Of a stretch of DNA of 44,715 nucleotides, positions 36,136-44,715 are shown one piece after another. The stretch is from a virus (lineage: Duplodnaviria > Caudoviricetes): the IMG/VR virus record IMGVR_UViG_3300048880_000040, positions 1-44,715 of that record; one strand, written 5' to 3'. The notes under the pieces were generated by a model. It was not told where the DNA came from, ran no database searches, and saw nothing but the letters and a program-made list of their open reading frames with translations. The number at the start of each line of letters is the position of its first letter. The stretch's first letter is position 1. Made by a program: the position numbers and the translations under genes.

Positions 36136-36689
36136 TAGACTACTATCTCCGTTAGAGTGAATCTCATTTGACCAGCTGCTGGTGTGTTATTCATATATGC
36201 AGTACCCGAACCACCAGTTTTCATCGATACACAATAAGTAATTGATGAAGTTGAACCCGGTGAATATTCTTGATGACCAAATATACTATGAGGTTCTAAT
36301 CCATTGTGTGATTTAATATAAATCATTGGTCTATCTGGACTCATTATATTTGTAGTAACATCCGTTAAATTTGTAATTGCAATATGTGTTGTAGTGCTAG
36401 AGGTGATATAAGTATCAATGGTATAAAAACTAAATATTAATTTATTTCCTGAAGCAGCCATTGCATGAGTTATCCGTAAGCCTGAATTTCCTTCAACATA
36501 AGTTGATGAACTTGTAGCAGTTCCACCAGCACCAGGACTAACAGTAACAAATTTATAACTAACTATACTACCAGCTGGCATTACCAACTTAGTACCAGCA
36601 ATAGCAGCACTAGCGTTTATATCTGCGTTTACAATCGTGCCATCTGTTATCTTATTGACACCAGTTGAGCCACTAATTAATGTTGGCAT
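36135..36689 (-). CDS. Short tail fibre tip module, paralog C
   Basis: MPAGSIV ... SPGSTSSITY ... FTLTEIV. Same architecture as the 37047 and 37592 genes. Confidence 0.75.
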   Translation of the reverse strand: MPTLISGSTGVNKITDGTIVNADINASAAIAGTKLVMPAGSIVSYKFVTVSPGAGGTATSSSTYVEGNSGLRITHAMAASGNKLIFSFYTIDTYITSSTTTHIAITNLTDVTTNIMSPDRPMIYIKSHNGLEPHSIFGHQEYSPGSTSSITYCVSMKTGGSGTAYMNNTPAAGQMRFTLTEIVV

Positions 36690-36698
36690 TCTCTACTC

Positions 36699-37016
36699 CT
36701 ATGGTTTAGGTGTTGCATCCTTCACAGCCTTTATAGCTTTATGCCACTCACCTGTTGCATCTAACTTACCAGCAGTCATATCGTGATACAGTTGATCTAA
36801 CTGTTCCTTGACTTCTTCATAAGCTGTTGCTCTTGTTCTTTGGTATGCGTTGCCATCATAGACACCTTGAAGTCTAACTACTTCAGCGTCTAACTCTGCT
36901 GTCGTTGGTTCAGTTTGTACTGCATCCAACCACTCTAATGTGTCACCCCTCAATACCCATTCAGCACCCGGCTTTAAAGATTGAAGGGCATCCGTTGTTC
37001 CTATCTCATTTGCCAT
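36699..37016 (-). CDS. Putative tail fibre chaperone
   Basis: ALQSLKPGAEW, YQRTRATAY..VKEQLDQLYHD...W...IKAVKD..PK. Confidence 0.7.
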   Translation of the reverse strand: MANEIGTTDALQSLKPGAEWVLRGDTLEWLDAVQTEPTTAELDAEVVRLQGVYDGNAYQRTRATAYEEVKEQLDQLYHDMTAGKLDATGEWHKAIKAVKDATPKP

Positions 37017-37046
37017 TTCTTACTCCTGTTAAAATTAAATTAAATA

Positions 37047-37592
37047 TCATCCTGCGATTTCCATAACAGTGATAGTTGATGTACTATGACCACTACTTCC
37101 TTGTACTGACCTATTAAAATAAACTGACGAACTACTATCAGTAGATAATTTATAAGTAACTTGCGAAGCTGTGCTTGGGCTATCTAAAAAGGTAAAACTT
37201 TTTGATTCCATTTGATGAATAGTATCAGCTCCTACATCATCATATGCCCAAAAACCAGTTCCACCATCATATCCAGCATCAGCAGGAGCTAATGAAGTAG
37301 AACCTCTATATAGTCTATACGCTCCATTTGGATTACTCTGACCTTCAAACCAAGTCATCATAACTAAAACTTTACTGCTACTAGAACTTGGAGTTATATT
37401 TACACTCATAAGGTCTACGTTTGCACCACTAGAAGTGTTCACAATTTGTGTGTTAGTTGAAGTTTGAACAACCTGTAACACACTACCAGTAGGCATACTC
37501 GCACTCGTTAATCCGCTTAACTGATTCTGTAAGGCTATAGTGCCTGAGCCATCAGCTGTTTCTAATTCGTCTACTTTAATTTTTGATGCCAT
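37047..37592 (-). CDS. Short tail fibre tip module, paralog B
   Basis: MPTGSVLQVV, ITPSSSSSKVLV, LDSPSTASQVTYK, STITVMEIAG. Confidence 0.8.
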   Translation of the reverse strand: MASKIKVDELETADGSGTIALQNQLSGLTSASMPTGSVLQVVQTSTNTQIVNTSSGANVDLMSVNITPSSSSSKVLVMMTWFEGQSNPNGAYRLYRGSTSLAPADAGYDGGTGFWAYDDVGADTIHQMESKSFTFLDSPSTASQVTYKLSTDSSSSVYFNRSVQGSSGHSTSTITVMEIAG

Positions 37593-38146
37593 TAGCCTGC
37601 TACCTCCTGTACTACAATATTTGATGCTGTTACTCGCCCAGATATGGCATCATCATTCCAAGAGGTTGGTCGATTTATGAAAAATGTTTGACCACCGCCT
37701 CCATACCTACCAACTACTTGTACTTGATAAGTAACTTCACTTGTTGTTGCTGGACTATCTAGGTAAATAAAATTAAACGGCATAGTTAATTGAGTGTCTA
37801 TGTAGTTATCAATAGCAATTGAACCAAAACTAGAATTTTGTTTATTACCTACAGTATCATTACCTTGATTTAAAATTACATCTGATTCTCCAGATACTTC
37901 TCTAACTATATTTATGCCACCCCAATCCGTAGTACAAATTTGCATCATAAGCTGGACTAAAATTTTACTTGAAGTAGCTCTAGGTGTAATAGACACACTA
38001 AAATTAGCAACAGCTACCCACGATGCTGATGTTGTACTATATGCACCTTGATAATTTGTAGCCTGAGTCTGTAATATATGACCAGCGGGCATCTGTAAGT
38101 CATAACCACTTGGTGCTTGTATCGCTTTAACTTCTAATGTACTCAT
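37592..38146 (-). CDS. Short tail fibre tip module, paralog A
   Basis: MPAGHILQ, ITPRATSSKILV, LDSPATTSEVTYQV, IVVQEVAG. Confidence 0.8.
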   Translation of the reverse strand: MSTLEVKAIQAPSGYDLQMPAGHILQTQATNYQGAYSTTSASWVAVANFSVSITPRATSSKILVQLMMQICTTDWGGINIVREVSGESDVILNQGNDTVGNKQNSSFGSIAIDNYIDTQLTMPFNFIYLDSPATTSEVTYQVQVVGRYGGGGQTFFINRPTSWNDDAISGRVTASNIVVQEVAG

Positions 38147-38742
38147 ACGACACTCCAGTTACCGTTCACTGTGACGGTATATGTATCGGCTATTGTTATC
38201 GGTCCAGCCGACATGCCGTTAGTAGTTGATCCAATTGTAATATCCTCACTAATAGTCTGCCCATTAGTTCTAATTATGCTATCAGTACCTAATGATGGTC
38301 CACCACCTGTCATCTCAGCCCAAGTTAGTCCACCTGTGTTACCTGATTGAGCTGTTAATACATAAGCATTGGTGGGGTTATTAGATACCTTGAGATTAGC
38401 CTCATCAACTATATTATCAGCAATAGTAAGGGCTGTAGCACCTGTTACTTCACCACTATGGGTAGCGTTTGTTACCTTAGCTGTGTTAGCAGTAATAGCA
38501 GAAGCTTGCCCACTTGTAATTCCTGTCTTAGCTGTGTTAGCAGCAATCTCAGTATTAATTGAGTTAGCTAGTTTATCTGCGGTTACAGCATCATCTACAA
38601 GTTCTGAGGTGTCTACTGCATTTGCTCCAATATCGGCTGCAGTTATAACCCCATCTAAAATTTTAGCGGCTGTGATACTATCGTCAGGGATATCAGCAGC
38701 AGTTACGGGAACTCTTGCTGGTTCTTTACCTAAATAGGGCAT
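38143..38742 (-). CDS. Tail fibre adaptor/branching protein
   Basis: MPYLGKEP start, ITAAKI/VTADKL shaft repeats, C-terminal IRTNGQTISEDITI..MSAGPITI..W domain like the 33750 gene. Confidence 0.78.
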   Translation of the reverse strand: MPYLGKEPARVPVTAADIPDDSITAAKILDGVITAADIGANAVDTSELVDDAVTADKLANSINTEIAANTAKTGITSGQASAITANTAKVTNATHSGEVTGATALTIADNIVDEANLKVSNNPTNAYVLTAQSGNTGGLTWAEMTGGGPSLGTDSIIRTNGQTISEDITIGSTTNGMSAGPITIADTYTVTVNGNWSVV

Positions 38743-38752
38743 ACTAAATCTC

Positions 38753-39094
38753 CTATGTTATTTCCATAATACTGAGCGTTGCATCTACGGCATCAGCTAC
38801 AGATCCCTTTACCTGAATTGCATCAGTTGCTTTAAGAACAATTTTATTACCTGCCATAACTTCTACTGAAGAACCCGCTGGTAATGGAATATCTTTTACA
38901 ACATATACGTCTGCATTAGTTTCAGTATCAGAAGTATCTGATATTACTTTAACATCAGCAGTAACAGAAGCACCTTTTATATTAGCAATTGTGAGTCCAA
39001 TTATTACTGTTGTAGTAGAACTAGGTACCGTATATATCGTCACTAATGAAGCATCTATTCCAGCTTTGGTTTTTAATTTAAACGTATTCGCCAT
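38753..39094 (-). CDS. Small tail adaptor protein
   Basis: MANTFK..IYTVPSSTTTVIIGLTIAN..KIVL..D...SIMEIT beta-sandwich-like sequence within the tail block. Confidence 0.7.
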   Translation of the reverse strand: MANTFKLKTKAGIDASLVTIYTVPSSTTTVIIGLTIANIKGASVTADVKVISDTSDTETNADVYVVKDIPLPAGSSVEVMAGNKIVLKATDAIQVKGSVADAVDATLSIMEIT

Positions 39095-39103
39095 TTTTTA
39101 CTC

Positions 39104-39457
39104 CTAACCTAATGCGATAGACATTGCAACCCCACCATCCCCAGCAGCCTCACTAACCTTATCAGTTAATAGAGCCGTTGTTAATCGTAATTCACAAATA
39201 TCACCATCCGCAAATGCTGCTGCCGAGGTATCATCTTGAGCCCTAACCGCAGTTAAAACTCTAGTACCTGTATTGATAGCTGTGACTTTTATTATTTCAA
39301 TTGAAGTCGCAGCTGCATTTGATAATGTTAAATACGTGTAATCAGTCCCTGTTAATGTTGGAAGTTCCGAAACATCATCAAGTGTTATTGAAGTTGCTGA
39401 ATTTGTAATAGCCCCATCTAACAAAGCAGAAGCATTATTACTGAATTTAACTGCCAT
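39104..39457 (-). CDS. Tail fibre attachment module
   Basis: FSNNASALL..ITNSATSITL, EIIKVTA, VRAQDDT.A.AF..GD..ELRLT, ending AMSIALG. Confidence 0.72.
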   Translation of the reverse strand: MAVKFSNNASALLDGAITNSATSITLDDVSELPTLTGTDYTYLTLSNAAATSIEIIKVTAINTGTRVLTAVRAQDDTSAAAFADGDICELRLTTALLTDKVSEAAGDGGVAMSIALG

Positions 39458-39458
39458 G

Positions 39459-39881
39459 TTAACTTACAGTTATTGTCCAGGTGATAGTCATACTATCAGC
39501 TGCACCTTTGTTTACTACTGAAAATACTGTACGCGCTAATAAATCACCACCTGAAGCAGCATCTAATATACCAGCTTCTGTTAAAGCAGCTGTAGCATCA
39601 CCTGCAGCCCAAGTAGCTACATAAGCAATTGCGTTATTAGTTACCGTTGTTGATGTTAAGCTGTTACGATCATTTTCAGTCTGTAAAGTAGTATCTCCTG
39701 CTGCCGCAGCATTTGTTCCTGTACCAACTGCCATATGTGTCATAACGGTATTAGCGTTATTCATTCTATCAGCAACCCAGTTCTTACCTGCTGTTACTAC
39801 AAGATTTTCGGTTTCTTGTACTATTACATCATTTAAGGCAATAGTGAGAGCACCTGTTAGTTTTAAATCATCATGTATCAT
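39459..39881 (-). CDS. Tail-collar/fibre-base domain protein
   Basis: NLVVTAGK, THMAVGTG, LTEAGIL, LLARTVF, TITWTIT motifs resembling fibre N-terminal collar domains. Confidence 0.72.
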   Translation of the reverse strand: MIHDDLKLTGALTIALNDVIVQETENLVVTAGKNWVADRMNNANTVMTHMAVGTGTNAAAAGDTTLQTENDRNSLTSTTVTNNAIAYVATWAAGDATAALTEAGILDAASGGDLLARTVFSVVNKGAADSMTITWTITVS

Positions 39882-39890
39882 ATTAAACTC

Positions 39891-40859
39891 CTAGTTTAAT
39901 GTTATCCTATTAAAAGATGCTCCATTGAGCACCTTGCCTGAAATATTCGCAATACTTGCCGAATCACTTGTACTAATTGAATCACTATAACCTCGAACAT
40001 ATGAAATAGCAATAGCTATTACATCTGACACTGTACAAATATTTCCTTTATTGCCATAATAATCTTTATCTATTAAAGCACTATCATCTAAGGTGAATGC
40101 ATCAGCTATTACCTTATTGATTTCTGATATTATACTATCGCTAATTGAAAATGATTCAGTAATAGGAATACCTGTTCCAATTCCTACAACCTCAGTCATT
40201 GTCATTGAATCAGTGACAATCTTATTTAATGCAGCATAATATGTATCTGAAAAGCTAACTGAATCACTCTTATTTAAACCACGCGCCATTGAAAAAAGAT
40301 CAGTTGCTGAAAAACTATCTGTTTTAGGTGAATTAAAGGTTTTTACCTGAGTTTCAATTAAACTAAGATTTTCTGTTACTACTTTATTAACAGCAGCAGT
40401 ATATACATCTCCTACTGTAATAGTTTCTGTAGCTATCTTAGCTGTAGATAATCCTATAACATCAAGCATAAAGGCAACATTACCTTTAACACCATAGTAA
40501 TCTTTATCAATTTGAGCTGCATCATCTAATGTGAATGCATCTGTAAAACTTCTATTCCAAATAATAGCTTTAGCAAATGTTTCTAATAGACTTAGCGTTT
40601 CAGTTGTAGATTTATTAAAAGCTAATACAGATGCTTCAGCTAATTCAACTGATTCTGCTATATTTTTAAGTAAAACTGTAACGTGAAGTTCACTTAATAC
40701 TACACCAGTGTCTTCATAGTACCACTGGTTCATAGAGAAATCAGAGCGAGATGCTATAGCCTCTGATTTTTGATAACTTGCTACAGCTTCTTTTTTTACA
40801 TAACTAGTTGTAACTTGAGCCTTTTCAATTGTAACAACGGCTCTTAAGTTCTTAGCCAT
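39891..40859 (-). CDS. Repetitive tail/virion structural protein
   Basis: Short S/T/D-rich repeats and a duplicated DAFTLDDxAxIDKDYYGxKGN block. Confidence 0.65.
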   Translation of the reverse strand: MAKNLRAVVTIEKAQVTTSYVKKEAVASYQKSEAIASRSDFSMNQWYYEDTGVVLSELHVTVLLKNIAESVELAEASVLAFNKSTTETLSLLETFAKAIIWNRSFTDAFTLDDAAQIDKDYYGVKGNVAFMLDVIGLSTAKIATETITVGDVYTAAVNKVVTENLSLIETQVKTFNSPKTDSFSATDLFSMARGLNKSDSVSFSDTYYAALNKIVTDSMTMTEVVGIGTGIPITESFSISDSIISEINKVIADAFTLDDSALIDKDYYGNKGNICTVSDVIAIAISYVRGYSDSISTSDSASIANISGKVLNGASFNRITLN

Positions 40860-40860
40860 T

Positions 40861-41289
40861 TTAGAATCCTGCTCTTACATCGAACTTTAATAGATCACGA
40901 ACAGTAGATATCTTACCATTATCATAGGTAATTTCTATTTCACCTTCATAAATTCCGTCAGCTCCAGTAAGTGTAGCAGCGAGCCATGTCATAATTACAT
41001 TACCAGCAGTACCATCACCAACTATTGAACAAGTAATTGTTTCTAATATAGTTGTTGTATCTGTTTTTCTAAATTTCATTTTGACAGTGTTTACTGCTGC
41101 CAAACTAATAATTGCCCAAGTTGCATGATTTGTGGCATCAAGTGTTTGTCCTGAAAGAGCTGTATTACTGTCTTTTAGTATAATATCTAATTCAGGCATA
41201 GTATCACCTGCTACTAATTCAATTGTAGAATAGTACTGTACAACAGAACTAGTTACATCATTTGGGGAGAACGAGTGGAAATTTGCCAT
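40861..41289 (-). CDS. Ig-like/BppU-N-like tail attachment protein
   Basis: GDTMPELDIILKD, VKMKFR, GIYEGEIEITY.NG pattern. Confidence 0.6.
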   Translation of the reverse strand: MANFHSFSPNDVTSSVVQYYSTIELVAGDTMPELDIILKDSNTALSGQTLDATNHATWAIISLAAVNTVKMKFRKTDTTTILETITCSIVGDGTAGNVIMTWLAATLTGADGIYEGEIEITYDNGKISTVRDLLKFDVRAGF

Positions 41290-41948
41290 TATACAAATCC
41301 TCTATCTGTTAATTTAACATTACTATCTAAATTATCAGAATTTTTCATTCCTAATAATCTAATATTTTTGATACTTTCATTGTATCTTAAGTAGTATGTA
41401 TTATTTTCAGCTTTCATATCACCTTTAACAGAAGCATGTGCTTTATAGGCTACATAGTTATAAAGAGCTTCGTTATATACTTGAGGTAAATCAATGAAAT
41501 CTGTTGTTAAAGTTACAGTTTCAGGAGTAGAAACATATATTATACTAATATCATCTTTAGGTGGACTCTTAGTATCTATACCTTTAACTAAAACTTTAAA
41601 TGGTGCTGGAAACAATATAGAAACATTGTAATCTATATCATCTATAAAATTTGTTCGTTCATCATTAATTGCAACTTCTCTGCCATCATCAAATGTAGCA
41701 CTAATAGCATATAAGAAATCTGTTGGAATACTATGTAATGTATTATTGGTAACGTCTGTTAAAACATATTCTTTTTGTACTAAACCAAAATGTTTATGAA
41801 GTTCTAAATTAGCTTCATTAATATAAGTAATAAGGGTATCAATATTTGCTTGTTGAGTTACGCTAGGAGTAGTAGTTCCTATATCACTTAAATATAGCTG
41901 TTTTACTTCACCTTTTGTAATATGGGATAAATAATCAGATACTAGCAT
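41289..41948 (-). CDS. Head-tail adaptor (N4 gp67-like)
   Basis: GEVKQL, INEANLELHKHF, IDLP..YNEAL.NYVAYKAH, C-terminal RGFV. Directly downstream of terminase as in N4. Confidence 0.85.
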   Translation of the reverse strand: MLVSDYLSHITKGEVKQLYLSDIGTTTPSVTQQANIDTLITYINEANLELHKHFGLVQKEYVLTDVTNNTLHSIPTDFLYAISATFDDGREVAINDERTNFIDDIDYNVSILFPAPFKVLVKGIDTKSPPKDDISIIYVSTPETVTLTTDFIDLPQVYNEALYNYVAYKAHASVKGDMKAENNTYYLRYNESIKNIRLLGMKNSDNLDSNVKLTDRGFV

Positions 41949-41974
41949 AGGAGGTCCTGAAAATAGTTTTAATT

Positions 41975-42003
41975 ATCATACCACTATAAAATAACTATGT
42001 AAA
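41975..42003 (-). promoter_or_regulatory. Putative sigma70-type late promoter (TTTACA-17 nt-TATGAT with TGn extension)
   Basis: Minus strand TTTACA TAGTTATTTTATAGTGG TATGAT between terminase and the gp67-like gene. Confidence 0.65.
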
Positions 42004-42007
42004 CCTT

Positions 42008-43594
42008 TTAAACGAAATAGGAACTACTACCTCGAGGTTTTTCTTCTTCATCATCCCATAACATAGAACCATCTCCAGATTCACTTGTCGATACTTCGCT
42101 AGGTTTCCATGCATTAAACTCACCTAACATCGATATATTGTCTAACTGATCATCATGTTTAGACTTAAATCCTTTAAATGTTGCTAGTGTTATTTCAGTT
42201 AGCATTTCTGCTAATTCTTCTGAATCTCTTAATTCTTCGGGGAACCATATTTTCCCCGCTTTAAACAAAGGTAATGCAATTTGTTGGAATCTACTCATTT
42301 TATCTTTATTTGGTCTAATACCAGGAGTAGTCTTACCTCTACCAGCTGCCAACGTAAAGTAAATATTACGATTCATCTGTTCATTCTGTATCCAAGATAC
42401 AAAACCCCCCTGCTGCCCCGTTACTTCGATACCTACTTCCTGGGGACTATATTTTTGTGCTAAAGTAAAGAGTTTGTCTATTGATTCATTCATCAATGCA
42501 CGTTTACAAAATCCATCTACCCAGAGCCAATCACCATTATTATTGTACGCCCAGACGTTAATTGTACTAAAATCAGCACTTTCTCTAGTGCTCGTAGCAA
42601 AGTCTGTTGTAATATAGAAATTAAATGCTCCCATATTAGTCTTTACATTAGCATGCTTGTACCAGGTCAAATCACCATCCTGTACTAAGCGTTCTTCTTC
42701 AGACATAATTCTGAGCATCAATTCTTGATTAAAACTGTCTAGTTTGCCAGCGCCTCTAGATTTATTGTACTGATCATTGACATAGTCAAAATCAAATCTA
42801 TCCTCCCATGCACCTTTAAAATCTTCTCGTGCAACAGGAAATTCTTCACATACTGGGTACACTGATACATGCCATACACCAGATTCGACTGCTTTATACA
42901 GTGGATCTTTAGCATTAAAAGGGGTCCCTGACCAAATAACTTTACGTTTTTTTGGATGTAACGCGTAGTCAATAGCAGAGTATACTGTATTCTCTACGCT
43001 CTCAATAATAGTGGGCGAACGTGCATCATCATCAGATAGTAAATCATCTAACATAGCTAATTGCGGTCTCGTGTTTAGCTCTACTGTTCCACGAACGCCA
43101 GTTTTGGCACCGTGACCTGTTATAACCATCTCTTTTCCTTGTTTATTCTTAAAATACCACCTAATATCTGTAAATCTGAACGAATGTAGGTAAGTTTTAA
43201 GGAATTCACTGTACGTACAGCGTCTTTCTAACCTGTAACGCATCTTTTTAACACCATTTTCTATAGAATCTGATATGTATAGACCATAATCTACATCACC
43301 AAACCCTGGTATGGAGCCATAAACAGCTAAATATAGAATTAGATATTCAGATAAGATTGTAGTCTTTGCTAATCCACGCGAACACATATTAACAGTATTC
43401 TGCCTTTTACCTGTGATGTTATCTAACATCTTATAATGAATTACAGGAGTTTTATTTTCTTCTCCCTTCTCTCCATTCACTAATTTTATGAAACTAACGA
43501 ACTCGAGGGCGAATTCGCTAGGTACATAACTCGGATCTACATCATAGCTGATATTATTTAACCAATCTTCTACAGTTTTTTTAACTAATTTCAC
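42008..43594 (-). CDS. terL: Terminase large subunit (N4 gp68-like)
   Basis: Walker A SRGLAKTT, Walker B LAMLDDLL, WSGTPFN, nuclease motifs ITTDFATS..ADFS and KHDDQLD. N4-type YVPSEFALEFV..IKLVNG. Confidence 0.96.
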   Translation of the reverse strand: MKLVKKTVEDWLNNISYDVDPSYVPSEFALEFVSFIKLVNGEKGEENKTPVIHYKMLDNITGKRQNTVNMCSRGLAKTTILSEYLILYLAVYGSIPGFGDVDYGLYISDSIENGVKKMRYRLERRCTYSEFLKTYLHSFRFTDIRWYFKNKQGKEMVITGHGAKTGVRGTVELNTRPQLAMLDDLLSDDDARSPTIIESVENTVYSAIDYALHPKKRKVIWSGTPFNAKDPLYKAVESGVWHVSVYPVCEEFPVAREDFKGAWEDRFDFDYVNDQYNKSRGAGKLDSFNQELMLRIMSEEERLVQDGDLTWYKHANVKTNMGAFNFYITTDFATSTRESADFSTINVWAYNNNGDWLWVDGFCKRALMNESIDKLFTLAQKYSPQEVGIEVTGQQGGFVSWIQNEQMNRNIYFTLAAGRGKTTPGIRPNKDKMSRFQQIALPLFKAGKIWFPEELRDSEELAEMLTEITLATFKGFKSKHDDQLDNISMLGEFNAWKPSEVSTSESGDGSMLWDDEEEKPRGSSSYFV

Positions 43595-43812
43595 ATTACC
43601 TCGTAGAGTTCATTAACTAAAGTTGATTTTAGCTTACGTCTATCTAACTCAATGCCATAATTACGCCCCATTATTTCTAAACGTTCTGGGGTCATTTCTG
43701 AAAGTTCAGCTTTTGCTAACGCTTCACAGTCATTATTGAACATACATTTAAACGTGTGTACGCACTTTTTAGCAGGAACGGGTATATGTGTCTTTGCTGT
43801 TTTTGTTTTCAT
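43591..43812 (-). CDS. Small protein with a Rho-N/HeH-like C-terminal domain
   Basis: LSEMTPERLEIMGRNYGIELDRRKLKSTLV pattern. Three Cys in the N-terminal part. Confidence 0.6.
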   Translation of the reverse strand: MKTKTAKTHIPVPAKKCVHTFKCMFNNDCEALAKAELSEMTPERLEIMGRNYGIELDRRKLKSTLVNELYEVM

Positions 43813-44006
43813 AACTCTGTCTCCTCTATTATTATAGGTTTATCTTCTAAATATCCCCAACAGTCTTTTAACTCTGCTGTATTACATACCAGTAAAGTCT
43901 CACTTTTATCACATGTATAAAAAGGGGGCGGTTGTGCGAATTTTTCTTCTAGCGCACTACACCCTGTAAGAAATAACACTAATACTATCAAATTAAGAAT
44001 TTTCAT
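43809..44006 (-). CDS. Small lipoprotein (65 aa)
   Basis: Start moved to ATG 44006 (GAGGAG RBS): MKILNLIVLVLFLTGC lipobox, QPPP and three further Cys. Confidence 0.72.
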   Translation of the reverse strand: MKILNLIVLVLFLTGCSALEEKFAQPPPFYTCDKSETLLVCNTAELKDCWGYLEDKPIIIEETEL

Positions 44007-44706
44007 TAGAAATCTCCTCATAATCAGTTTCGACACTATTTACTTTTTTCCTAGCAATAATGTCACTATGCGCAACGTGCTCTGCTGTTACAGCACCGCT
44101 CTTTATCATTTGTAATTGTTGTTGCGCTAACGCCCTAGTAGTCTCTCGGAGATCATCGATTGAAGAATTGCTATAAGTAACATCAACTTCAATCTTTGAC
44201 GCCTCAGGCGCTTTCAGTTGCATAATTAAACACTCAGCTGCTTTTTGCCGAACCGTTTCGCTTTTAGCGCTACGCATGAGCTCCGCTTGAGTGTTAATCG
44301 CCTCTTGGTGTATATCCATATTAAGAATATGAACAGGCACTAAAGTTCTTTCTAATATCCTATGAACAAGGTCACCTTTGTTATAAGCCGTAGAAAACGA
44401 TGAAATCGTTTTCGCAGGCGTGTTCTTATCTACTAATCGCTGATAACGGTCAGGGAACGTCTTAGCATACGCAATTGTGTTAGAGTCACCTATTAACTTA
44501 TAACTAACAAACTTAACAGCATTAATATAATCTGCCATCTTATAACGCCCACCCTCAATCACACTAGCAAAACCAATCAAGTTTTCTTTGTAGATGTCCC
44601 TAAACTCGTCACCTTCTGTAGTATTAATGAAGTCAATCATTTCATCCGTAACGTTATGTCTAAATTTTTTAGGCATGCTTGCCTGCAGTTGATCTTTAGT
44701 TAGCAC
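43993..44706 (-). CDS. N4 gp69-like protein (putative terminase small subunit); true start may lie beyond the window
   Basis: YINAVKFVSYKL, AYAKTFPDRY, AYNKGDLV, QEAINTQAELM..AKSETVRQKAA motifs. Frame stays open to the right edge. Confidence 0.85.
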   Translation of the reverse strand: MLTKDQLQASMPKKFRHNVTDEMIDFINTTEGDEFRDIYKENLIGFASVIEGGRYKMADYINAVKFVSYKLIGDSNTIAYAKTFPDRYQRLVDKNTPAKTISSFSTAYNKGDLVHRILERTLVPVHILNMDIHQEAINTQAELMRSAKSETVRQKAAECLIMQLKAPEASKIEVDVTYSNSSIDDLRETTRALAQQQLQMIKSGAVTAEHVAHSDIIARKKVNSVETDYEEISNENS

Positions 44707-44715
44707 TGCCAGGCT

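Noticed and set aside
30027-39457. Diversity-generating retroelement or invertible shufflon behind the fibre diversity
   Set aside because: No reverse transcriptase, recombinase, inverted gene copies or near-identical template/variable repeat pair seen. The repeats are short and diverged.
1473-42463. All plus-strand ORFs in the track (e.g. 1473..1763, 5211..5438, 17419..17658, 30869..31282, 34048..34476, 38369..38737)
   Set aside because: Antisense shadows of well-supported minus-strand genes, with no recognisable motifs.
8203-42972. Short alternative-frame minus-strand ORFs nested in larger genes (8203, 10987, 11212, 20763, 22184, 32921, 35044, 42739)
   Set aside because: V/L/Q-rich by-products of codon bias and Gly repeats. 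No lipobox or other sign of an embedded gene.

Overview
AT-rich fragment of an N4-like (Schitoviridae-type) podophage genome. Every credible gene is on the minus strand and follows N4 late-region order. In transcription order: gp69-like small terminase, large terminase, gp67-like adaptor, an expanded ~11 kb array of short modular tail-fibre/adaptor/chaperone genes, a holin-like/DUF1353 block, portal, gp58/gp57-like proteins, major capsid protein, gp55/gp54-like proteins, gp53/gp52/gp51-like proteins, and a giant virion RNA polymerase (1..7924, running off the left edge and absent from the ORF track). The main anomaly is a tightly packed ~6.8 kb cassette (13038..19789) between the gp54-like and gp53-like genes. 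It encodes two paralogous small membrane proteins, CsgF, CsgG, two curlin-repeat proteins, a secreted FecR-domain protein and a CHASE2-sensor class III adenylate cyclase with intact catalytic residues. I infer a phage-borne curli-type secretion channel linked to cross-envelope cAMP signalling. Other points: a thermonuclease-like and a zincin-like motif set in the vRNAP N-terminal half, minigene deletion scars in the tail-fibre array, several unannotated small ORFs, sigma70-like late promoters, and no recognisable endolysin. All family calls are motif recognition by eye plus synteny; no searches were run.
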